A stretch of DNA of 64,000 bases from Eubacteriales bacterium (GTDB taxonomy: Bacteria; Bacillota; Clostridia; Oscillospirales; CAG-382): the NCBI GenBank assembly GCA_045592105.1, contig JAZNUB010000069.1, positions 28,141-92,140 of the forward strand, in the 5' to 3' direction. The notes under the pieces were generated by a model. The model did not search any database. It saw nothing but the letters and a program-made list of their open reading frames with translations, and was not told where the DNA came from. Positions 37,501 through 44,844 of this stretch are shown here, piece by piece (position 1 is the first letter of the stretch; each line of letters starts with the position of its first letter). A program made the position numbers and the translations under genes.

Positions 37501-40500
37501 TCCCCACTACAATTACGGCAGACGTAACGTTTACCGCGCAGTTCTCGCTTATCCCCACCTACGCAGTTGTATTTACCGCAGGGGATGGCGGTTCGCTTAA
37601 CGGTGATTGGTACTTTGAAGGCATCTACTCAGGCACGGTTTGGGGCGATGTTGTAACCGTTCCTGCGCCTGTTCCTAACAGTGGTTACGTGTTTGACGGT
37701 TGGTCTCCTGCTTTGCCGGATTCTAACGCAGTGATAACAGAAAACGTTACATACACGGCAGTATTTACTCCCGAGCTTCCTACTACAACCCGTCCTAACT
37801 ACGCTTCTGCGGCAAACGGCGGCTCATACGCATACGTTGCCGGTGCGGCGCTTGACACTAATAATGATACCGCGTTTACCGTTACAAGCACCGAGTCTTA
37901 TCGTAGCGGCTGGTCTAACACCTCGCTTGATTTCGGTACAGGCTTGCTCAATAACGATGCGTTGGTTACCGCAACGGACGGTGCGTGGGTTGAAAGAACG
38001 CGTGGCACTTATTCCAGCGGTTTCACTTCCACAAGCAACGTAATTGTATTGATCGTTAAGCTAAACTCTGCTAAAACTGATATCGAGCGCGTTGTTATAA
38101 ACCTCGGTACTATGCTTGGTACGTCTAACCGCGGTTTGCCAAACAGCGTTAAAGTTCAGTATTCCACTAAAACATCAATGTCCAGTAGTATGAGCTGGCG
38201 CGAGATGGGTACAGCTACCGAATTTGAAAATATAGCTTCTTACGGATACACAGCAACTATCGAAAACACCTCCTCGAGCAGATCCATTAAGTACCTGCAA
38301 ATTACACTTACTATGTCCACTTATTACGTTGGCCGTATAGGTGAAATACAGGTTCTTGGCCCGGAAACAAGTACAACTCCTCGCAAGGTTACCTTCTCTG
38401 CGGGTGAGGGCGGTACTCTTAGCGGTACAACTTCCTTTACCGTAGCTGATGGCACGTCCTGGAGCCAGATTAATGTTCCCACTCCCGTACCCAATGCAGG
38501 TTATAAGTTCTCTCATTGGTCTCCCACGCTTCCTGCTTCCACAAGCACCGTAACGAATGATGCTTCCTATGAAGCAGTATTCACCGTTGATAACGGCGGG
38601 GAAGAAAAGAACTACGCATTGTCCACCAACGGTGGTACCTATATGGTAACTACGGGTACGGTACAAACAGGCTATCCCGACACGTTTGAGTCCGATGGGG
38701 CATACGGTAGCGGTAGACTTAACGATGGCTTGATGCTTAATGCAAATGACGATGCATGGGTTGAGATCTCTCGTTCTTCTGATATGATTTCAATTACGGT
38801 TAAGCTAAGTGTAACAATAAAGATGACCAAAGCTGTTATAAACCTTGGTTTAAGAAGCGGCTCTTCCAACCGCGTACTGCCCGATAGCGTAAGCGTTTAC
38901 GCAGGCAGCACGCTTGGTACGCTTGCGTTGTTCGGCACCTCCACAAGCTTTGTTCAAGATGGCAGTTACGGGTATATCGTTACTATCAACGGCTCTGCCG
39001 AAGACGTAGCGTACGTTCGCTTCGATTGCCCGATGAGCAACTACATCGCTCGCTTCGGTGAAGTAGAGGTTTACGGCACCACAGGCCCTGTAATTCCTAC
39101 TTACAACGTAACCTTTAATGCAGGCAACCACGGTTCTCTTACAGGAACAACCGTTCAAACGGTACAAGAGGGCGCAACTTGGGCAGATATAGTTCTTCCC
39201 ACACCTGTTGCCGATGCAGGATATAAGTTTGATTCTTGGACTCCTGCGATTCCTTCTGCTACTGATGAGATCACTTCCGACCTCAACTTCACTGCTAACT
39301 TTGTTTATGATGCTTCTCAATGGTCTACCGTAACCTTCGTTGCAGGTGCTAACGGTACACTTAGCGGCACAACAAGCTTCACGGTTCTTAACGGCACCGA
39401 TTGGGGCGACATAACAGTTCCTTCTCCCAACGGCAACGATGGCTATTCCTTCACAGGCTGGTCGCCTTCGTTCCCGTCCACGGTTACAACAAGCGCAACC
39501 TACACCGCAAGCTTTGAGCTTACGCCTGTTGCTAAGTATACCATAACCTTTGTTGCGGGTAGCGGCGGTGCTTTAAGCGGTACAACCAGATTTACCGTTG
39601 AAGAGGGTACTACTTGGTCTGCTATAACAGTACCTACTACCGTTGCAAATAGCGGTTATACGTTTGTAACCTGGTCGCCTGCGTTGCCTTCCAACGATAC
39701 GGCTATTACATCTAACCTTATATTTACAGCAAGGTTTGAGGAAAGCGGCGCGCAAGCACTAAAGGGCGTTATCAACATCAACGGTATTAACGCAAGCCAA
39801 TACATAAGCGGCGGCTCTCACGTTTATACCGAGGCTTACGGTCAGTACTTCACATCTGCATACTGGAACGTATTCATTGCCAAGTACTCCGAAGCAAAGG
39901 GCGGCTATATAATTACCGAAATCCTTGATGTAGGTGCAACAAAGTCTGTTGAAGTACCTACAAACGGCATCGTTGTTGCGGTACATATGGGTGCAGAAAA
40001 TCAAGCTATTTGCTCTAACGTTGCTGTTGGCGACTTGTTGATACCCAATTCCGCAATTGACCTTGAGAACCAAACTATAACCAATGGCTACTCTTACATA
40101 AGCGTTTACACCGGGGACGGTACGCTTCCTGACGATACAGGGAATCAGGGCGGCTCAACGGATGACCCTGATGGTGGTGAATATACGCAAATCAACTATG
40201 ATGGCGTTAAAGCAATGTGGCTGTCTCAGTTTGACCTTAACGGTGTATATATGTCCGGCTCTACCCAACGTTCCGAAAGCAGCTACCGTACCTTGATGGC
40301 AACTATCCTTGATAATTGTGTAACTCTCGGTCTTAATACTATAATCATTCAGATAAGACCTAACGGGGATAGTATGTATCCTTCCGAATACTACACAATG
40401 AGTAAGTACGTTGTTGGTGCATACGGTAGAAACGCAACTTACGACCCCTTTAAGATAGTTATAGATCTCGCACATGAACGCAACCTTTCCGTTCAGGCGT

Positions 40501-41348
40501 GGATAAATCCTTTGCGTTTGATGTCTTCTTCCGATATCGCCAAGGTAAGCTCCACCTATAAGGTTGCAGAATGGTATCAAAGCTCTACCTACAATGGCAA
40601 ATACGTTGTTCTATACAATAATTACTATTATTTGAACCCCGCGTATGAAGAAGTTCGTCAGCTTATCATAGACGGTGCAGTTGAAATCTGCAACCTTTAT
40701 GACGTTGATGGCGTTCATATGGATGACTACTTCTATCCCACCACGGCTTCTTCGTTCGACTCTGCGGCGTACAATTCCTATACGGGCAGCTTGTCGCTTG
40801 CTAACTGGAGAAGACAAAATCTTAACTTGCTTGTAAGCGGCTTGTATAGCGCTATTAAGGCTGTGGATCCCGATATATTGTTCGGTATCTCTCCCGCAGG
40901 TAATATGAGCACGGTTTACAACTCTCAATACGCAGATGTTTATACTTGGTGCTCTACCGCAGGGTATATCGACTATATCTGCCCGCAGGTATACTTTGGT
41001 ATGAAGCATTCAACCCAAGGCTTTGCATCCTGCTCTACAGGCTGGTCCAACATAGTCACTCACGCAAACGTAACGCTTTACGTTGGTGTTACATTAAGCA
41101 AGGCGTTGGAAGGCTATAACGGTGGTATAGATACATATGCCGGCACCACCGAAGGTCAGTACGAATGGGTAAATAATCGTGATGTTATGAAGACCTGTCT
41201 TGAATACACGCGTGATAACCTTAGCAAGTGTACGGGCGTTGCATTCTTCTGCTATCAGTACTTCTATGATCCTATTACAGGCGCAGCAGTTGTTGAAACG
41301 GCAGAAGAGCTTAACAACTTCCTTCCCGTGCTTAAAGAAATGTGGTAA
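34587..41348 (+). CDS. Giant (2,253 aa) secreted multidomain protein: N-proximal dockerin-like module, 14 Listeria-Bacteroides-type repeats, 3 discoidin-like modules, C-terminal glycoside-hydrolase-like family 10 (GHL10) domain
   Basis: Signal peptide ...FVKAAS. Dockerin-like GDITGDGLLSSADAVEY / GDIDYDGVLGSNDYLLIKKHM at nt 34896-35069. Repeats carry the AG.NG.L.G...GY.F..W.P..P signature. Modules sit at 35769-36254, 37797-38360 and 38610-39077. The GHL10-like C-terminus (nt ~40180-41345) has MWLSQFDL, VQAWINP and DGVHMDDYFYP. Confidence 0.85.
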   Translation: MKLRRSLSALLVVVLFITMFTAYPAGFVKAASKLQSDVYYIDRDGGFIYDVAVGTTVSQLVKNFKNTDAVTVSDKNGNVQADDACVATGYKVTYGDTVFDVIVKGDITGDGLLSSADAVEYSGYIRASTVLEGAFLLAGDIDYDGVLGSNDYLLIKKHMKGAFDIYSLKHPLTGTTVTYTVEFIAGANGTLQGTASFVVDDGSSFADIAVPTPVANAGYVFYGWTPEFPETVEENISFTAVFARDGSSWHTLSFVAGENGSLTGTTVIPDIYDETESEEITLPTPVADRGYKFKEWSPAIPEEITESGVYTAVFEYDPTQYATVTFTAGNYGSLEGTTSYTVLKGTAWDEIVVPSCVPDRYYIFSSWSADFPSVINEDLSFTANFTSDPNSSVKNYASSANGGSYIITAGTIREDFADSFDSSSAYGSGYLNDMISLTDTDDNWVEVSRSFSRITIMVKLAQPITMTSAALNLGLRYDSRNRVLPEEVNVYVGSTAETANTYFGGAYPDSFVQDGEYGYNVTIEGNAENVQYVQFVFVMEETNSFIARFGEIEVYGSVGVIVPTYNVSFVAGQNGSLTGTTDYTVDEGTLWSVITVPTPVPAPGYKFTGWTPAIPDSTEPVTDDVVYTASFEYDSTQWATLTFNAGEGGSLSGNTSVTVLKGESFANVAVPTPVADEGYEFASWAPALPTTVTEDAAYTATFVVDDSQYATISFVAGANGTISGTASYKVLKGTAWSEITVPTYTANTGYKFDSWSPAFPTTITSNATYTANFVIDDSQYAVITFVAGDNGAINGTTSYTVLKGTAWSEITVPTYTANAGYKFSEWSPSFPTTIEESATYTASFAYDDSQWSEITFVAGENGTISGTTSVTVLNGTAWSQINVPTYTANPGYKFKAWSPSFPSTVTSDATYTATFEYDATQHATVSFVASTGGTISGTTSFTVIKGSAWSAITVPTATASEGYTFDGWTPSFPTTITADVTFTAQFSLIPTYAVVFTAGDGGSLNGDWYFEGIYSGTVWGDVVTVPAPVPNSGYVFDGWSPALPDSNAVITENVTYTAVFTPELPTTTRPNYASAANGGSYAYVAGAALDTNNDTAFTVTSTESYRSGWSNTSLDFGTGLLNNDALVTATDGAWVERTRGTYSSGFTSTSNVIVLIVKLNSAKTDIERVVINLGTMLGTSNRGLPNSVKVQYSTKTSMSSSMSWREMGTATEFENIASYGYTATIENTSSSRSIKYLQITLTMSTYYVGRIGEIQVLGPETSTTPRKVTFSAGEGGTLSGTTSFTVADGTSWSQINVPTPVPNAGYKFSHWSPTLPASTSTVTNDASYEAVFTVDNGGEEKNYALSTNGGTYMVTTGTVQTGYPDTFESDGAYGSGRLNDGLMLNANDDAWVEISRSSDMISITVKLSVTIKMTKAVINLGLRSGSSNRVLPDSVSVYAGSTLGTLALFGTSTSFVQDGSYGYIVTINGSAEDVAYVRFDCPMSNYIARFGEVEVYGTTGPVIPTYNVTFNAGNHGSLTGTTVQTVQEGATWADIVLPTPVADAGYKFDSWTPAIPSATDEITSDLNFTANFVYDASQWSTVTFVAGANGTLSGTTSFTVLNGTDWGDITVPSPNGNDGYSFTGWSPSFPSTVTTSATYTASFELTPVAKYTITFVAGSGGALSGTTRFTVEEGTTWSAITVPTTVANSGYTFVTWSPALPSNDTAITSNLIFTARFEESGAQALKGVININGINASQYISGGSHVYTEAYGQYFTSAYWNVFIAKYSEAKGGYIITEILDVGATKSVEVPTNGIVVAVHMGAENQAICSNVAVGDLLIPNSAIDLENQTITNGYSYISVYTGDGTLPDDTGNQGGSTDDPDGGEYTQINYDGVKAMWLSQFDLNGVYMSGSTQRSESSYRTLMATILDNCVTLGLNTIIIQIRPNGDSMYPSEYYTMSKYVVGAYGRNATYDPFKIVIDLAHERNLSVQAWINPLRLMSSSDIAKVSSTYKVAEWYQSSTYNGKYVVLYNNYYYLNPAYEEVRQLIIDGAVEICNLYDVDGVHMDDYFYPTTASSFDSAAYNSYTGSLSLANWRRQNLNLLVSGLYSAIKAVDPDILFGISPAGNMSTVYNSQYADVYTWCSTAGYIDYICPQVYFGMKHSTQGFASCSTGWSNIVTHANVTLYVGVTLSKALEGYNGGIDTYAGTTEGQYEWVNNRDVMKTCLEYTRDNLSKCTGVAFFCYQYFYDPITGAAVVETAEELNNFLPVLKEMW

Positions 41349-41379
41349 GCAAAATTTGATGCTTTAATCCAATAACGAT

Positions 41380-41416
41380 AGCCCCAACTGTAAAAAATGC
41401 AGTTGGGGCTTTTCTT
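41380..41416 (+). terminator. Rho-independent terminator
   Basis: AGCCCCAACTG / CAGTTGGGGCT 11-bp stem followed by TTTCTT. Confidence 0.75.
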
Positions 41417-41427
41417 GCATTAAGGTA

Positions 41428-41456
41428 TTGACAAAAGTACGCGAATATGATATCAT
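41428..41456 (+). promoter_or_regulatory. Sigma-A type promoter P1 (TTGACA-17-TATCAT)
   Basis: TTGACA 41428-41433, 17-nt spacer, TATCAT 41451-41456. It is overlapped by the palindrome at 41440-41474. Confidence 0.5.
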
Positions 41457-41474
41457 AGTGATATCATATTCGCG
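41440..41474. promoter_or_regulatory. Perfect 16+3+16 palindrome (candidate operator)
   Basis: CGCGAATATGATATCA-TAG-TGATATCATATTCGCG has exactly complementary arms and is centred on the P1 -10/TSS. Confidence 0.5.
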
Positions 41475-41486
41475 TGCATATAGATA

Positions 41487-41515
41487 TTGACATTTTAAAC
41501 AAGCTGTACTATAAT
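41487..41515 (+). promoter_or_regulatory. Sigma-A type promoter P2 (TTGACA-17-TATAAT)
   Basis: Perfect consensus hexamers with a 17-nt spacer, about 37 nt upstream of the TTG start at 41552. Confidence 0.65.
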
Positions 41516-41551
41516 TTGTTACATAGCTTGTTTGGTTGAGGAGGTAATATA

Positions 41552-42481
41552 TTGGTTAACAAAGAACATAAGATGCTTGAAATAAAAAGCTTATCCAAGC
41601 GTTTTGGCAACCTGCAAGCTGTTGATAATTTAAGCTTTACCGTTAAGGAGGGTGAGCTTTTTGCTTTTCTTGGGCTTAACGGCGCAGGTAAAAGCACAAC
41701 TATTTCAATTATTTGCGGCAATTTATCAAAGGATAACGGTAGCGTTATAGTTAACGGAAAGGATATTGATAATGATATTTTTTCTGTTAAAAGCACGCTA
41801 GGCGTTGTATTTCAAAATTCTGTTTTGGATAAACAGCTAACAGCTTTAGATAACCTTAAGTGCCGCGCCGCTTTGTACGGCATCAATGGTGATGCTTTCA
41901 ATAAGCGGTTAGAAGAATTAAGCAAGCTGTTAAATCTTAAAGAGCTGTTTAACAGGCCGATAGAAAAGCTTTCGGGCGGTCAACGCCGTAGAGTTGATAT
42001 CGCACGGGCTTTGATACATAACCCAAAAATTTTAATTTTAGACGAGCCAACAACAGGCTTGGATCCCCAAACCAGAAAGCTTTTATGGGCTGTTGTGGAA
42101 ACCTTGCGTAAAGATATGGGGGTAACGGTTTTCCTAACCACGCATTATATGGAAGAAGCAGAAGGTGCTGATTACGTTGTTATATTGGATAGCGGAAAGA
42201 TTGTTGCAGAAGGCACGCCGCTTGAGCTTAAAAATCAGTACACGGGCGACTTTTTGATTGTTTATGGTGTAACCGAGCAACAGATTAAAAAATTGTGTAT
42301 GCCTTATGAGCTTCAACATGGAGCGTATCGCGTTTATGTTCCCAACACAAAAACGGCAACAGAGCTTATAATGGCCAACCCCGATTTGTTTGTGGATTAT
42401 GAGCTTATCAAGGGGCGTATGGATGATGTTTTCCTTGCCGTAACCGGCAAAAAGCTTGTTGGGGGTGAAGAAAATGAATGA
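41552..42481 (+). CDS. ABC transporter ATP-binding protein (DrrA/ABC-2 exporter type)
   Basis: Walker A GLNGAGKST, signature LSGGQRRR, Walker B ILILDEPTTGLD. TTG start sits 7 nt after GGAGG; ATG 41573 is an alternative. Confidence 0.88.
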   Translation: MVNKEHKMLEIKSLSKRFGNLQAVDNLSFTVKEGELFAFLGLNGAGKSTTISIICGNLSKDNGSVIVNGKDIDNDIFSVKSTLGVVFQNSVLDKQLTALDNLKCRAALYGINGDAFNKRLEELSKLLNLKELFNRPIEKLSGGQRRRVDIARALIHNPKILILDEPTTGLDPQTRKLLWAVVETLRKDMGVTVFLTTHYMEEAEGADYVVILDSGKIVAEGTPLELKNQYTGDFLIVYGVTEQQIKKLCMPYELQHGAYRVYVPNTKTATELIMANPDLFVDYELIKGRMDDVFLAVTGKKLVGGEENE

Positions 42482-43382
42482 GATAAAGGCATTAACTTAT
42501 CGTAATATTAAGCTGTTTTTTAAGGATAAGGGCTTGTTTTTCACCTCTCTGATAACTCCGCTGATACTGCTTGTGCTTTATATCACGTTCCTTGCTAACG
42601 TGTATACGGATAGTTTAAAATTTGTTTGCGCCCCGAACGGTGGGGAAGCTACAGGGGTTTACAGCGATATTTTAAACGGCTTGGTAAGCGGCCAGCTTAT
42701 ATCTTCGTTGCTTGCGGTTTGCTGTGTTACGGTGGCCTTTTGCTCCAATATGCTAATGGTGCAGGACAAAGCAAGCGGTGTGCGTGTGGATTTGGATATG
42801 GCACCCGTTAAAGGCTGGAAGCTATCCGTTGCGTATTATATCGCTTCTGCCTTTTCAACGTTGGTTATATGCTTTATCGCTTTGGCGGCGGGGCTGGTAT
42901 ATATAGCCGTTCGCGGGTGGTTTTTATCCGTTACTGATGTATTGCTTCTCGTGCTGGACGTATTTTTGCTTTCAATGTTTGGCACGGCGTTTTCATCGGT
43001 TATAAACTTTTTCCTATCCTCGCAGGGGCAGATATCCGCAGTTGGAACAATTGTAAGCTCGTGCTACGGTTTTGTTTGCGGGGCGTATATGCCAATCTCG
43101 CAGTTCAGCCCCGTGTTGCAAAAGGTTATATCTTTTTTGCCCGGCACCTACGGTACTGCGCTTGTTCGTAACCATGCAATGAGTGGGCCTTTAAGGAAGC
43201 TAAGTAAGCTTGGAACTGATAATGCTTTAATAGAAGAAGCTAAGGATAGTATGGATTGCAATTTATATTTCTTCGGCAATAAAGTGGGAGAACCCCAAAT
43301 GTATTTGGTTTTGGGCATCACGATATTTGTGCTGTGCGGAATATATGTGCTTTTAAACGCTAAACAAAGAAAGAAAGGATAA
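42474..43382 (+). CDS. ABC-2 type transporter permease
   Basis: Six predicted TM segments. The ATG overlaps the ATPase stop (ATGAATGA), indicating translational coupling. Confidence 0.75.
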   Translation: MNEIKALTYRNIKLFFKDKGLFFTSLITPLILLVLYITFLANVYTDSLKFVCAPNGGEATGVYSDILNGLVSGQLISSLLAVCCVTVAFCSNMLMVQDKASGVRVDLDMAPVKGWKLSVAYYIASAFSTLVICFIALAAGLVYIAVRGWFLSVTDVLLLVLDVFLLSMFGTAFSSVINFFLSSQGQISAVGTIVSSCYGFVCGAYMPISQFSPVLQKVISFLPGTYGTALVRNHAMSGPLRKLSKLGTDNALIEEAKDSMDCNLYFFGNKVGEPQMYLVLGITIFVLCGIYVLLNAKQRKKG

Positions 43383-43387
43383 ACGTT

Positions 43388-44224
43388 ATGAAAAGAATCG
43401 TTTCTGTGCAGGATATTTCCTGTTTAGGCAAATGCTCGCTAACCGTTGCGCTGCCCATCATCTCCGCAATGGGCGTGGAGTGTGCAGTTGTACCCACTGC
43501 GGTGCTATCTACGCACACTATGTTCAGAGGGTATACCTTCCGCGATTTAACGGAAGATATAAAGCCTATTATTAAGCATTGGGAAAAAGAAGGCATAAAA
43601 TACGATGCCGTTTATACGGGATATCTTGGCTCTTTTGAGCAGCTTCAGCTTGTTTCGGAAATGTTTGATACATACAAAAAACACGGCGCGCTGATTGTTG
43701 TTGACCCCGTTATGGCTGATAATGGTAAGCTATACCCAGGCTTTACCGAGGAGTTTGCCAATAATATGGCAAAGCTTTGCGGCAAGGCCGATGTAATAAT
43801 GCCCAATTTAACAGAGGCGGCGTATATGCTTAACATACCGTATGTGGGAAGTGATTATGACGAGGATTATATAAAAGACCTGCTTGTTAAGCTAAGTGGG
43901 CTTGGTTGCCGCCATGCCGTTATCACAGGCGTTAGCTTTGAAAAGGGAAAGCTTGGCGTAATGGCATACGATAGCGAAACAAATGAGTATTTTAAGTACT
44001 TTAACACTCATCTGCCTGTTAGCTATCACGGCACGGGTGATATCTTTTCATCCTGCTTCGTTGGCGGTATGATGAATGGGCTGGGCGTGAACGGAGCGCT
44101 TGAGGTTGCCGTTGATTACACCGTTGATTGTATCTCTAAAACGATGGCAAACCCAAACAGCAACAGCTACGGGGTTGATTTTGAAGCCTCAATACCTATG
44201 CTTGTTAAACGGCTTGAAAAGTAA
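43388..44224 (+). CDS. pdxK: Pyridoxamine/pyridoxal kinase
   Basis: VSVQDISCLGKCSLTVALPIISAMG, TGYLGS and YHGTGDIF motifs. Confidence 0.85.
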   Translation: MKRIVSVQDISCLGKCSLTVALPIISAMGVECAVVPTAVLSTHTMFRGYTFRDLTEDIKPIIKHWEKEGIKYDAVYTGYLGSFEQLQLVSEMFDTYKKHGALIVVDPVMADNGKLYPGFTEEFANNMAKLCGKADVIMPNLTEAAYMLNIPYVGSDYDEDYIKDLLVKLSGLGCRHAVITGVSFEKGKLGVMAYDSETNEYFKYFNTHLPVSYHGTGDIFSSCFVGGMMNGLGVNGALEVAVDYTVDCISKTMANPNSNSYGVDFEASIPMLVKRLEK

Positions 44225-44240
44225 ATATTATATAGAAAAC

Positions 44241-44274
44241 GCGCCTTGTCTATAATGCACAAGGCGCATTTTTA
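44241..44274 (+). terminator. Rho-independent terminator
   Basis: GCGCCTTGT / ACAAGGCGC stem followed by ATTTTTA. Confidence 0.75.
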
Positions 44275-44304
44275 TGTGTTCTTTAAAAATGTTGTATATG
44301 GTAA

Positions 44305-44333
44305 TTGACACAGATAACGAAAAGTAATATAAT
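44305..44333 (+). promoter_or_regulatory. Sigma-A type promoter (TTGACA-17-TATAAT)
   Basis: Perfect consensus hexamers with a 17-nt spacer upstream of the MarR gene. Confidence 0.65.
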
Positions 44334-44360
44334 TAACCTATTAATAGTTAATTAGTTAAT
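44333..44360. promoter_or_regulatory. AT-rich imperfect inverted repeats (candidate MarR operator)
   Basis: TTAACCTATTAATAGTTAATTAGTTAA lies immediately downstream of the -10. The half-sites TTAAC..A / T..GTTAA are pseudo-palindromic. Confidence 0.35.
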
Positions 44361-44379
44361 AAATCGCGGAGGGGTATAG

Positions 44380-44832
44380 ATGGCTGATATTATTAATGAA
44401 GATGCTACGCTTGAAAAGGCGATAAAGCTGTTTATCTGTACGGAAAGGCTGCATCGTTGCGTGTTTGACCGCAAGGTTTCACGTTTTAATTTGCACAGAA
44501 GCCAACATCGGATGCTTATGCACCTAAACAGGAAAAACGCGCCTGTTTCGCAAAAGCAATTGGCGGACGAATTTCAGATAAGCCCTGCGGCAGTAGCCGT
44601 ATCCTGCAAAAAGCTTGAAGCTCTTGGCTTTATCAGCAGGGAGGTTTCCAAAAACGATAACAGAGTAAACAATCTAACCGTAACACAAAAGGGAAAAGAG
44701 CTTGCAGAGGAATCCAAAAGGGTTTTCAACGGTATTGATACCGCGATGTTTGCAGGTCTTACCGAGGAAGAGCTTAAAGGCTTTGTGTCCTGCTTAGAAA
44801 AAATGCAGGTTAATTTAAACAACATTAAATAA
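44380..44832 (+). CDS. MarR family transcriptional regulator
   Basis: Winged-HTH pattern L..SQHRML..L......SQKQLA....ISPAAV......LE..GFI.R......D.R, 150 aa. Confidence 0.85.
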   Translation: MADIINEDATLEKAIKLFICTERLHRCVFDRKVSRFNLHRSQHRMLMHLNRKNAPVSQKQLADEFQISPAAVAVSCKKLEALGFISREVSKNDNRVNNLTVTQKGKELAEESKRVFNGIDTAMFAGLTEEELKGFVSCLEKMQVNLNNIK

Positions 44833-44844
44833 GGAGAGGCAGCT

